This document shows, in pieces, positions 1 through 11,987 of a stretch of DNA of 64,000 bases. Both the position numbers and the translations under genes were made by a program. Source of the stretch: Octopus bimaculoides (taxonomy: Eukaryota); NCBI RefSeq assembly GCF_001194135.2, contig NC_068985.1, forward strand, positions 12,253,047 through 12,317,046, read 5' to 3'. Each line of letters starts with the position of its first letter. Within the stretch, counting starts at the first letter, position 1. The notes beneath the pieces were generated by a model, which saw only the letters and a program-made list of their open reading frames with translations, had not been told where the DNA came from and ran no database searches.

Positions 1-44
1 TATGTATTTGTTTACTGATGTTAATGGGGTATGTTTTGTGCCGT

Positions 45-432
45 GGAGACGCAATGGCCCATTGGTTAGGCCAGTGGACTCGTGGTCATAGGATCGCGGT
101 TTCGATTCCCAGACCGGGCGTTGTGAGTGTTTATTGAGCGAAAACACCTAAAGATACACGAGGCTCCGGCAGGGGATGGTTGCGAACCCTGCTGTACTCA
201 TTCACCACAACTTTCTCTCACTCTTAATTCCTGTTTCTGTTGCTCCTGTAATTTAAAGGGTCAGCCTTGTCACACTGTGTCACGCTGAATATCCCCGAGA
301 ACTACATTAAGGGTACACATGTCTGTGGAGTGCTCATCCACTTGCACGTTAATTTCACGAGCAGGCTGTTTCGTTGATCGGATCAACTGGAACCCTCGAC
401 GTCGTAAGCGACGCAGTGCCAACAACAACAAC
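45..432 (+). mobile_element. tRNA-derived SINE, family C (complete copy, (AAC)n tail)
   Basis: Pol III A-box-like TGGCCCATTGG and B-box-like GGTTTCGATTCCC. The 3' ~190 bp (CCTTGTCACACTGTGTCACGCTGAAT...GATCAACTGGAACCCTCG..GTCGTAA.CGACG.AGTGCC) is shared with 17416-17736 and a fragment near 18174-18224. Ends in (AAC)4. Confidence 0.85.
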
Positions 433-842
433 ATGTTTTGTGCGTATATTTCTTACAATGTCTACAAATATCTGCCAAGGTGGGTTTATGTTGGTGGGTG
501 GGTGTGCGCTCGTGAAGGCCCAATCAACTTGGGGAACATCATGACTGATTGCATCCTAGTATGTGTTATGAAGATTCATAGTGTCAAATGCATGGGATAG
601 AGAGGAGTCATTGGATTTGATCTTTGGCTGGTAGAATCTCAGATCGCAGAGAACCATGTCATGGGCTTAGAGTAGTGGTGTTTTTTCCACTGCAATATTG
701 TGGATCGTGTCAGTATGTTTACTGAACACTAGGTCCATTTCCATGCCTTAAGAGATCTTCTGATCTACTTTCATAATGCAGGGGAAAGGGTTGCATAACC
801 GAGTACGTGCAAGTCTGGGGATTTACGTTACGTAGAAACAAT

Positions 843-1414
843 TACTCTTTTACTCTTTTACTTGTTTCAGTCATTTGAGTGTGACCATACTGGAGTACCG
901 CATTTAATCGAGCAGATCGACCCCAAGACTTATTGTTTGTAAGCCTAGTACTTATTCTATCGGTTTCTTTTGCCGAACCGCTAAGTTACGGGGACGTAAA
1001 CACATCAGCATCGGTTGTCAAGCGATGTTGGGTGGGGGACACACACAGACATACAAACATACATACACACACACATGCATACATATATACATACATACAT
1101 ACATACATACATACATACATACATACACACACACACNNNNNNNNNNNNNNNNNNNNNNNNNNNNNNNNNNNNNNNNNNNNNNNNNNNNNNNNNNNNNNNN
1201 NNNNNNNNNNNNNNNNNNNNNNNNATATATATATGTATATATATATATATATATGCACGACGGGCTCCTTTTAGTTTCCCTCTGAGAAATCGACTCGCAA
1301 GGCTTTGGTCGGCCCGAAGTTATAGTAGAAGACACCTGAACAAGGTGACACGCAATGGGACTGAACGCGGAACTACATGGTTCGTAAGCAAGCTATTTAC
1401 CACACAGCCACTCC
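843..1414 (-). mobile_element. tRNA/CORE-type SINE, family A (octopus OK/OR-like), complete copy with internal microsatellite
   Basis: On the minus strand: GGAGTGGCTGTGTGGT head, degenerate B-box and CORE-like segment, internal (TA)n(TG)n/(TATG)n run broken by an N gap, 3' body, then GTAAAAGAGTAAAAAGAGTA tail. At least 7 other full or partial copies in the window. Confidence 0.85.
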
Positions 1415-2068
1415 AATGCATTTCCAAATAAATCTCCAACCGTACTCCTTGTTAACTCCAGTTTTTTCAATTATTTAATCACATACTACAGAATAAAACT
1501 ACTGCTGGATAGCACAGGATTAAATCTGAAGGTGGACAAGCTTTATACTGTACTCACCTACGTTATATAACTATATATGCAGAAATACATACGCGCAAAT
1601 ATTATGAATTAGAATATCGTCGACCATAAGGCAGCCTCCGGAGACCTCTGTTTCACTTGTTTACGTCTAAGTACCAGCTTTGAAACACTTTTGCAAGTGT
1701 ATGCAACTGTCTTACGTAAACAACAGAAAGCCCTTGACCTCGTAGTTTAACTGACACGTTGAAACATACCGCACCTTTTTATTCCACTCACTGATTCCAA
1801 CAACGCATAGGGTACGTTTAGAATTTATGCATTCTCATCCACCACTTCCCAATTATTCCCCAAACAACAGCAGTCTTGTTCCTGTTACCACGTCTATTTT
1901 TAATGAACAATTTCTATTTTTAAGCAGTGTATGTTTTGTTTAATCATAGTATATTTTGAAATTCATATTATTTCCAGCACTGATTCATTGTTAAATGGAC
2001 TCACAATTCGCTATATTAGATATTTTTATCGAAAACAATTTTTTTTTAAATGACCCACTTGGTGCTGC

Positions 2069-2076
2069 AGCTGCTG

Positions 2077-2143
<67 letters not shown>

Positions 2144-2146
2144 AAC
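2069..2146 (+). repeat. (GCT)n(ACT)n trinucleotide microsatellite
   Basis: Direct reading. The poly-Thr ORF 1995..2177 is a by-product. Confidence 0.95.
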
Positions 2147-2374
2147 AACGAGAACATCCATTACGTCTATATATTAGTGGCATTTTTTCTTTTGTTTTAG
2201 AAACTAATTATTCATAAAATTTTCGTACAATCTTTTCTGTCTATATTTTGTTCATCATATTTGTTCGAACGTTGCGTTATGTGTCGGTAAATAATATTTG
2301 TTGTGTTATTTAAGATTAAACACAATGCAAATATATATACACATAGACACACACACACACCCAAACACACACAC

Positions 2375-2429
<55 letters not shown>

Positions 2430-2432
<3 letters not shown>

Positions 2433-3663
2433 TTCGGGTGACACCATATATAACGCGGTTTTTGATACTTTTATTTTTCAAATTCAATATGAACAAAGTT
2501 CTTTTTTTAATCTAAAATATACTGTCCTTCATTTTCTACAATGCTCCCCCATATCACTGGTAGACTTGCAAGGCCCCTCTGCCAAAATTCATATGTCCAT
2601 GACGAAAAATACTCCTCCAGTACCAATCTGACCTCTTCAACAGAATTCATATTTTTTCCTTCTAGATAATTTTGAAGACTGCGGAATAAATGATAATCAG
2701 ATGAGGCAATGTCTGGCGAAATTTGATGAGTGGGGCATCGTTTGCCATTCAAACTGCTCCAGCCTTTGGAATGTCATCCTTTCTGTATGTGGCCGATATT
2801 TATCCTGATAGAAGAACACCTTTCATCTTGAAACCAAATATGGTCGTTTTCCTTCTAGCGCGACATAAGCCCATCATGCTGTTCGCAGTAAATCCCCTCT
2901 GTTAACCCTTCGTTTGGGTTTAATAGTTCAACGTGGACGAAATTTTTTCATTTGCCATCTTATGTGGATGCCGGTCTTTCTCCTTTCCCTACCCACTGTT
3001 TCCGGCTCTTGTCATTTTTATAGAGAACCCATTTCTCATTACCAGTCTCTATCCAACCCAAAAATGTTTCATTCGTGAGATGTGACAGCAAAGAAGAGCA
3101 CACATTCACTCTCTACACGTGATTAGACTCGGAAAGTTTGGGAGGAACCCATTGACCCAATTTGCTGACTTTTCCGATGGCATGCAGGTCCTAATGAATG
3201 GTTGAATGACCAAATCCAAGCTTCTATTCTAGTTCATCAACAGTTACGATAGGATTTTGTTCCACCAGGGTTTGTAGAGCTCTACATATTTCCACGACTA
3301 GGCTGGTTTCTAGGTAGTAGTTTCCGGCTCAGAATTTCTGGAATCCCCGTAGACTCTGGCTTACGTTTGTTGTCCATTCCCCATATACTGCATTAATATT
3401 CTTCGCACTTTCTGCTATATTGTTGCCTTTATACTTCTCATAGAGCAAAATATTCCGAAAATGCTCTTTTCTCACTTCCATTATAACTTTGACAAAAAAA
3501 ACTGTTAACATCGAGCTGCTCTCTTCAAACTTTCACTAAGAATAAGCACAAAGTAAAACTACAAACTGCTTTTATAGCACGTTGATGCAGCTAGTTCCCT
3601 ACTCTCCGACTTTTAATTCATGCAATTGAAAACACCACAATATTTATGAGATAGACCAAAACA
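2430..3663 (-). mobile_element. Full-length decayed mariner (Tc1/mariner, DD34D type) transposon
   Basis: Minus-strand fragments in the correct order: EHFRNILLYE..KGNNIAESAKNINAVYGE (N-terminal HTH), IGKVSKLGQWVPP (WVPHEL motif), TGNEKWVLY (first catalytic D changed to N), frameshifted QD..RPH, SPDIASSDYHLFRSLQNYL (YSPDL motif and third D), W..IVENEGQYILD*. Length ~1.23 kb. Degenerate ~30-bp TIRs at 2430-2459 and 3634-3663 (about 19/30 match). Confidence 0.9.
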
Positions 3664-4592
3664 TCTTATTATCATTAAATTCCACAAATGCCCTAATGAT
3701 ATAGAGATGCTCAGATTTTCGTGACCGAAATACGAACTTTGTTTCGTCCGTTATGAAGCTGGTTAAAAAAACAACAAAATGCTTTAGTAATTGCGTTCGA
3801 AATAATCCAAATTTAAATTACTCGGCGCATTTCGAAAAAAAGGCAGATATCAATGAAGGGGAGATAATTGACTGACCAGCGACTATAGGCAGTGCTTTAC
3901 GTGTGTCGAAACGGTATGGTTTATGGTGAGACACGGATTTTATTTATAAATCTTGCTTAGAAGTAATCTGAAGAAATGGGGCATGGGAGACAATTCTCAC
4001 ACTTGGCGTTTATACAGTCACCTCGAAGATCTTACATATTAAAAGACAACATTTTTCAAGCAAGCATACATATCATTTTCGTAACCTCTTCATATATGGC
4101 ATGGACCTAGAAAGTTTTATCCATATAGTGTGGTAGATGATGTTCGGGTCCTTAAGTGTCCAGATTAATGCAGAGTGTTTTATACATCTCTTCTCAGAGC
4201 TCCTAAAGCTAATAAACATGGTTGCTGAATCCGTGTACCAATTACCTTCAGAACTGAATGTGTGTACAAGGATCCTTCTGGAAGCCGGTCAGTACGGTTT
4301 TTAAGCACTCCGACCCCACTCCGGTGAAAAATCGACCCAGACTACAATTCGCCCCCGTTTCGAGTTGCACAGAACGTTGATACTTGTATATACACTAATA
4401 ATCTTATCACACTGTAAAACTTCTCGTTCAGATGAAGTTCTGACGTTTTGCAGCTCTGTCGAGTTTCTTTGGATCGACGCCATTGTCATAAACTTGCAGA
4501 TGTTTCTGCTCTAGAAGACCTGAATGAATCATCTCTTGTAGACTTAGCTAGCTGTTAACTGTCGCTTTACCAGAACTAAACATAAATTCAAG

Positions 4593-4986
4593 TAGTTGTA
4601 TGCTGTCAACTTAATGTGACAGCCCCCTGAAAGGAATAAAACTGCTGTTGGTTAGACCTAGGACGTTGTACCGCTTCCTGTCGGCCTTGACACATTTCCT
4701 GTGTTCTTATGTTTACAAGGGGGAGACAAGCACCTGCACCCATCTAAGCCTGCATCAAGAGACATGTTTCTAAGTCTTTGCTCCAGACTGAGGACGAGCA
4801 AAGACTCAGAAACATGTCTCTTGATGCAGGCTTAGATGGGTGCAGGTGCTGGTCTCCCCTTTGTAAACATGGGGACACAGGAAATATGTCAAGGCCGACA
4901 GGAAGCGGTACAACGTCCTAGGTCTAACCAACAGCAGTGTTATTCCCTTCAGGGGGCTGTCACATTAAGTTGACAGCATACAACTA
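4593..4986. mobile_element. Foldback/MITE-like element: 191-bp inverted arms, 12-nt spacer
   Basis: 4593-4783 is the reverse complement of 4796-4986 with 9 mismatches. Ends are compatible with a TA or an AGT target duplication. Confidence 0.85.
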
Positions 4987-5859
4987 GTTCATCGTATCTC
5001 TACTGCATAAATCTCTCTGAGAGATTTCGAAATCTATTATTTCCAAAGATAAATTGTTTCCATTAAATCTGTAACTTACTTCGGCTTTCGCACCCAGAAT
5101 ATAGATCAACCTCTTTTTTCTATTTCTACAGTCATTGACAAAGTAAAGCGGAATTGGATTGGTGGTCTCAAGTCACGAGATACATGGATACAATCATTCA
5201 TATAGTGCTCAGAGCATATAGCTTAACTGTTGTTTATCTTTATGTCTGGTCGGTTATATTTACTCATTCTACAATACAAATTAGTAAAATGACTTCGGAA
5301 AGCATGAGCGCATGCATATACACTTTCCATAGACTTTTTATGTAAACTTTGTTTTGGGACATTAACAATCCCGCGAGTCCAACCGCAGCAGTTGAGAGAA
5401 ATGTAAAACTGAAGAGTAATTTACTGCTTTTTTTTAAAGTAAACGTTTATATAAATAGACACTTATTTAAAACGAAATGCCATGTTATTTGACAAATTGC
5501 CACTTGCCCCAAACTGTACAAGTCACGTTTCGGAGCCGCAACAAGGAAGACAGAATACCATCCAAGGCCTCAGCTTATAAAGGCTATTATCTATTGACTT
5601 AATTAATTGCTTTTTTCCATACCTCAGTTAATGATTAGAGAAAAGTGAATGCATTAAGCAAAAATGGTATAAAAATTTCATTTGTTGCTAGAAGCAAAAA
5701 TATGACCTCCATGTATTTTGTCGTTGAGATTTCGAAATGGATACTAAGGAGAAATGCAGTAGAATGACACGCTACCATCGCTAATTCTGTTAAAATAGTG
5801 ATATAAAACGTGAAGACCAGACTGTTTCAACTTTATTCAACTGATATATATATATGAAA

Positions 5860-6048
5860 GATCACTGACCACTACATTTATTTTTTTTGTCCTTGTTTCT
5901 CTCCTTTTTTCTTTCTGTGTTCCTTTCAGTTGAAGAGCGTAGCTCGAAACGTCAAAGACTTTCTCTATTCCCGAGCGTTAAACTCATACATCCTTTTGTT
6001 GTTTACACCAACTGTCTTCGTCTGTTGTTTTTTCGTAAATTCTCCTAC
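5860..6048 (+). repeat. Dispersed Penelope-terminal-repeat-like family P, copy 1 (hammerhead-like motif 5923-5957)
   Basis: Shares TGAAGAGCGTAGCTCGAAACGTCAAAGACTTTC...GAGCGTTAAACT.ATACA..GTTGTTTACACC with four other copies. Confidence 0.7.
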
Positions 6049-8055
6049 ATATATATATATATATAATGTATCAATGAGGGTAGAAATTGATAATGATCAA
6101 TTAAAACCAGTGGTTATCAATTTCTACCCTCATTAATAAATTTTAAATAAATAATACTTGTTCTCTAACCGGTTAAATTAACTGCAGAATTATTTTCCGG
6201 ACTTAGTGCGCCAGATTTGAAGACATTTGAAAGGATACACTGAGTGTAATTCACGGAGCTCTACACGTGTTCACCTACGGGTGGATGGCTTGTGTCTAGC
6301 TCGATGTGTTACATTCTAAAAGAGACAGATTTACGCTGATGATCCCGCAGATATTTACTTATGTAAATATTAACAGGTGAAACCATGGTACGTAAATTAA
6401 TCGTTTTTTAATTTAGTATTTTTTTCATTTGTCTTACTCATTTACAGTCTGTTGTGTCGCTGATTTTTGTACTGAGAACATACTTTTTCGTGGTTGGATG
6501 ATTCGGCATCTATTTCTAGCATTCTGGAATCCACATTTGCTGGTCATTCCTCTTATTCTTGTATATATATATATATATNNNNNNNNNNNNNNNNNNNNNN
6601 NNNNNNNNNNNNNNNNNNNNNNNNNNNNNNNNNNNNNNNNNNNNNNNNNNNNNNNNNNNNNNNNNNNNNNNNNNNNNNNNNNNNNNNNNNNNNNNNNNNN
6701 NNNNNNNNNNNNNNNNNNNNNNNNNNNNNNNNNNNNNNNNNNNNNNNNNNNNNNNNNNNNNNNNNNNNNNNNNNNNNNNNNNNNNNNNNNNNNNNNNNNN
6801 NNNNNNNNNNNNNNNNNNNNNNNNNNNNNNNNNNNNNNNNNNNNNNNNNNNNNNNNNNNNNNNNNNNNNNNNNNNNNNNNNNNNNNNNNNNNNNNNNNNN
6901 NNNNNNNNNNNNNNNNNNNNNNNNNNNNNNNNNNNNNNNNNNNNNNNNNNNNNNNNNNNNNNNNNNNNNNNNNNNNNNNNNNNNNNNNNNNNNNNNNNNN
7001 NNNNNNNNNNNNNNAGTGACTGATCGATAGGACAGGTAAGAAATATAACAAGTAGGAAGAGTAATGCGAAAGGTCAAGGTGAAAAGATTCTAGCACCATA
7101 TTCTGTAGAAAGCCATGTGGAATATATCAGCGAAATTGTCTCAGTCGTTCACTAAAAACTCATGACCGAAACAATGCTGCAACAAAACGTGTCCAAATAA
7201 TTTTGAGATAGATTCTTTTCGTGGAAATCTTGCAGTAAGTGTAACTTGTTTTTTTTTTTTTGCAGCGATAACAATGAATAATGAGACAAAACAGCTAATA
7301 ACTACAAGAGAAATTACTACTGTCATGTCTGTGAATGAAAAATTGTGTCTGCGAACACTGCTAACAAACAAGTTTAAACAATGGAAAACACAAGAGTTTT
7401 TTAACACAAATTTGTCCTGGAATTTATGAATCAAATATGTTGCCCAGTACTGACAAATTTTATGTCAGGAAACAGAAATTTCATTTTGGAAATATTGTGC
7501 TCCCTGTGTATAATTATTTCTGAATCTCATCTAAAAGCATAGAGTATTTAAGAATTTTTGTGAAAGTCTCTATATTAAATGGTTGCAATCTATTACGTTC
7601 CTTTGTAATATCACAAACTTTTTAGACATCAAATGACAGAATACATAGGTACTGGGAAATCATAAATATTTCCGAAATCTACGTAAGTTGTGTTGTCACA
7701 CGGTAGAACAAGGGGGCTACAGAAATGGATTAAATAACTGTCTATTGGCCGAAGTTTATTTCCTCGTCATCCGTTACGTGCTTAAATTCATTTCGTTCGC
7801 TACTGAGCCACTGGAAGCGAATGTATTTCGTGCAATGTCAGCAGCTATGTTTATGGCTGAATTGAAAAACAAATTCGAGAGAAGAATGATGTGTTTTATA
7901 ATTATATACTTCGTACGTTTCTTCGGTTTTGCAATGAGCACCAGACTTGAAGAGCTTACCATTGATGTGTGTAAGAAATATGAAAGAAACGTCGTTGTTG
8001 CTTATGAGCAAATGCACAAGCGTGGTGTATGTATATATATATATATATATGTGTG

Positions 8056-8111
<56 letters not shown>

Positions 8112-11100
8112 TGTGTCGGTGTGTGTGTCTGTGTGTGTGTGTCTGTGTCTGTGTGTGTGTGTGTGTGTGTGTATGAAGCACCATAAACCATTTGTCTGTT
8201 ACTTCAGTGCCATGAAAATTCTTGATTATGCTATCAAACCAACTCTTTCGACTCTTTTCTTTCCATGTTGCTGCTTTTACCAAAAAGTGCAGCCAAATCT
8301 TCGAAGCGTTTCCTCTGAGAAATTGTTTTCCTGAAATTTCCACGATATTTGTTGTGAAAAGAGGGAATAGTTTTTAGATATAACGTACATTGTTCTAATC
8401 TTTCTGTGATATTAATATCAACATGTTTACTTAGGTTTTACGTTTCAAAGACCTTGAATCAATTTTTGCATTTTTCACCGAAGAAAAGATGAGACACTGA
8501 TTGAAGTTTCTCAAGAAGTGACTAAAATCTAAAATTTCAAAGATCCTTGCAGAGTGAAATAGAAATTCCTAGACATAAATGTAGAATTTGAACCCACATT
8601 TTGCCAGATGCTCTTGAGAAGGTAACTGTCTCACAAGGCAAAAATTCAGATCTAGACTAGAAACGCTAATTAACACGAAATCTATTTTCCTCGTCCGTAT
8701 CGAAACACCGTTAGGCTATTGAAGCAAGATTAATATAAAATAAATTTGAAGGAAATACAAAATGTAAGCGTGGTTGAAAGCATCGTTTACTTTACAGCGT
8801 TTCTGAGCATCGAAGAGAGTGATTCACACACTGGTCGCAATACCATCCTCTGTCGTATTAACGGAATGAGACTTACAGCTCAAGGTAATGAAACAGCAAC
8901 AGAACTCCGCTGACTCGTTTTGTCGTATCGCCTTGGCGTCTCTTTGGCAACACGTCTGACGTTGCCCTCCTCTGCCATTTTAAATGCTTTTGAGATCAAG
9001 CATTGTTGATGTCTGCAACTGCTTGTTCTGCCGCTAGAGCCTTCAATTGAATTTGTTCGTGTTTATTTACATTGCCGCCATGGGTGGATCTACCAAACGC
9101 ACTACACACCCGGCGGCGTAGTTTTTTTGTTACTCATTTAAACACGCAATTCCGCGGCTAACACAAGAAAAGACAGTCAGGGCGATATATATATGTGTGT
9201 GTGTGTATATGTGTATCTGTGTGCATGTGTATGTCCATGTCTGTGTATACTGTACTATACACAACCTACGTTTTCACACGTTCACAATTACACAAATGTT
9301 CGTTCACACACACAAACATACATTCACTAATGTACATGCAACTCTCATCTCTCAAATATATTGCATAATCACGCACAAGTAAATTCCCTAGAAACCTAGA
9401 GCACTTATTCCTTTGTTTTTATTATTATTTTTATACTCACATTCTCGTGTGTTTTACCACAACATCGTTTTATTATTTTTTACGATTTCACATTTATTCA
9501 CAAACATAACAATTTATCGTCGGCTTGCCATCTTGTTATACTCCTGTGGTCTAACAGAAAGTTGTCTTTTTCTGTCTTTTCAATTACCATTTTCAATCTA
9601 TAGCTTTAATGCATACTACTTTATTTTGTTTTTGCTTCATTTTTCCAATTTCTATTTATATATTTATTTTCTAACTGATGTTTTGTAGCTCTTTCTTACT
9701 TTTGTCTACACTTTCGGTGTTCTTTATTTCAGTAAGCTATTCTCACGCTGCACAAACCACAAATAAGGCGTGTTTAAATATATATTGCTGAAGACATTTG
9801 TTTCAAAAACGAAAATCTGCCCTATATTGTCCTTTTCTGCTATTCGTTTATTCTGTCTGCTATCCTCAAAATATTAGAGATGTGACTTGAGTGCTTTATA
9901 CACATTTTATAATATGATTCACAATATGGAATGTTACAGAGATTAAGGATCTCCTTCATAACAGCTTTCGGGAGGGTACATTTCAATTATACGAAACTCG
10001 TGCTACGCGACGAAGTGTCTGAAGGAACACGAGTCAGATGTATAGTGCGTATCATGGTGAGATAGTGACGCGATCGACAGCAAACAGTTGTAACGTTTGC
10101 CTCTAAGAAAATAACATAATTATTTAAGCAATTTCAACAGGGCCACTAGTGTAATACAACAGCAAAAACTAAAGGAAATTAAATAACATTGGCGAAAAAT
10201 GATCCGAATGACAAGGTAACGGACACGTTTCTGTACAGTTTATGTTATTGTCATGATTGAAAGTAACATTTACCTGGTCAATCCGCCTACTTGATATAAC
10301 AAGCAAAATTCCCTGAAATTAAGCTATACATTATAAAAATATACATAAGGATGCATTCTTCTTTATTATAAGAGTAAGTAGCCACAAACTGAAAATATTC
10401 GTACAAATATATCTTCGATTGAATCCATCTACTTAAAGAGTGAATAGGCTTTTTAATGAGTGGGAAACGTTACCTGCAGATTCTGCACGAAGGTAGAAGG
10501 CCTCTCAACCCAAAGAAAGAATGGAGATTTATGCAGCTTATTCCACTGCGCTATAGTTGGTTTGTACGTTTGCATATAAAAATATCTTGCACTAAATGTC
10601 ATAGACTTCGGGAAAATGTTTACTAGAATCAACCGCATCCTTATTAGAATCATTTAGAACTCTAGGTTGTCACGTCATTAGACGTTGATATCTATTGGAT
10701 GAAGGAAGGGATCAGAATCTCTTCATTCGCCCATGAGGACTTTTAACGTCAAAACTGATTTAGTGTATTTTATTCTTAGGATAGACTAAAATAATCTGCA
10801 AACAACATGTGCACAGGAGACAGCTCGATAGGCTCAACACAGAAGGCAATGCATTAATCTAAAAGAGATGAATCATAATTCATACAGAATTTGAGAAACT
10901 TACTCAAATATTTTGAATGAGTCTACATATTAATGCCAAATTCACTGTGATAGAATTCTTCGATGCTACCTCAGACACAAATGAATGCCACTGCATATGA
11001 ACGATACCAATCTATATATATGCATGGATCTTGAACTTTTAAATTTGTTCTAAATTATAAAGATGAGTCGATATATATATATACATACATACACACGCGC

Positions 11101-11132
11101 ACACACACACACATACACACACACACACACAC

Positions 11133-11204
<72 letters not shown>

Positions 11205-11411
11205 CGACACTTTTGTGAGAGCACGTATCCAGCATGAAGAACTTAAGTGAGCTGCGCGAAAGCGCACGGTTCGTATAGTTAATGGGGGAATGCTTGCTGT
11301 GCAATTTTTGCAGTCGTGTATGCTTGTCAAGAGCAGGGCTCCTTATCCACAAAATATAAGTTAGTCCTAGAGCGCACAATGTTCCTGAAAGTCGGCAATG
11401 GTCTTCCTCGG

Positions 11412-11468
11412 TCACGAGTGGACGGCCATCATCATATATATATATATATGATGGCCGTCCACTCGTGA
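11412..11468. repeat. Perfect 21-bp inverted repeat around an (AT)n spacer
   Basis: TCACGAGTGGACGGCCATCAT (11412-11432) and ATGATGGCCGTCCACTCGTGA (11448-11468). Confidence 0.9.
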
Positions 11469-11476
11469 TATATATA

Positions 11477-11603
11477 TCCAGGGTGTTCACAAAGTCTCGA
11501 TATATGGAGTAAATAAAAACATAACATAAACAATTAAATATAAGAAATCATAATTTCTGAAAGTATGTGTTATTCCCCATGTACCCATTGTGGACACTCT
11601 GTA
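11477..11603. mobile_element. Short Tc1/mariner-type MITE
   Basis: Imperfect TIRs CAGGGTGTTCACAA / TTGTGGACACTCTG embedded in TA runs. ~125 bp, no coding capacity. Confidence 0.6.
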
Positions 11604-11639
11604 TATATACATATATATCGAGTCCTCTCGACATGTTGA

Positions 11640-11815
11640 ACCACTGAACACTACAAGGTTTTTCTCTCTACGGTTTTTTTTTTATTCTCCCTCCATATTT
11701 TCCTCATTCATTTCTGTGGGAGACCGTAGGCTCGGAACATGTACGACTTCTCCATTTACCGAAGCGTTAAACTAATACACCTGCTTGTTGTTTCTACACC
11801 AGCCTTTCTCTTATG
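11640..11815 (+). repeat. Family P copy 2 (most diverged)
   Basis: TTTCTGTGGGAGACCGTAGGCTCGGAACAT...GCGTTAAACTAATACACCTGCTTGTTGTTTCTACACC aligns to the other copies. Confidence 0.65.
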
Positions 11816-11987
11816 TTTTTTTCTATACATTTGAAACACACACACAAACCTATATGTATATACAAGGTGGCCCAAATGTATGTTTACAGTTATTCAGCTA
11901 TATCTCTCGCATTCATATATTAACAGTTTAGATCTTAACTATGAAAAAAGATATGAAGCCATTATCCTATGCTAATTTTGTTAATTT

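Noticed and set aside
45-125. tRNA-like sequences at SINE 5' ends (also 17416, 22263 and the family A heads)
   Set aside because: A/B boxes are present but there is no complete cloverleaf, and each continues into a shared SINE body, so they are not tRNA genes.
3860-3925. CTGACCA...GTCGAAACGGTA hammerhead-like string
   Set aside because: G8 is missing and stem I cannot form; probably chance.
7774-7962. SSLVLIAKPKKRTKYIIIKHIILLSNLFF read as class A GPCR TM1-TM2
   Set aside because: No DRY or NPxxY equivalents downstream and several in-frame stops; hydrophobic runs are common in AT-rich DNA.
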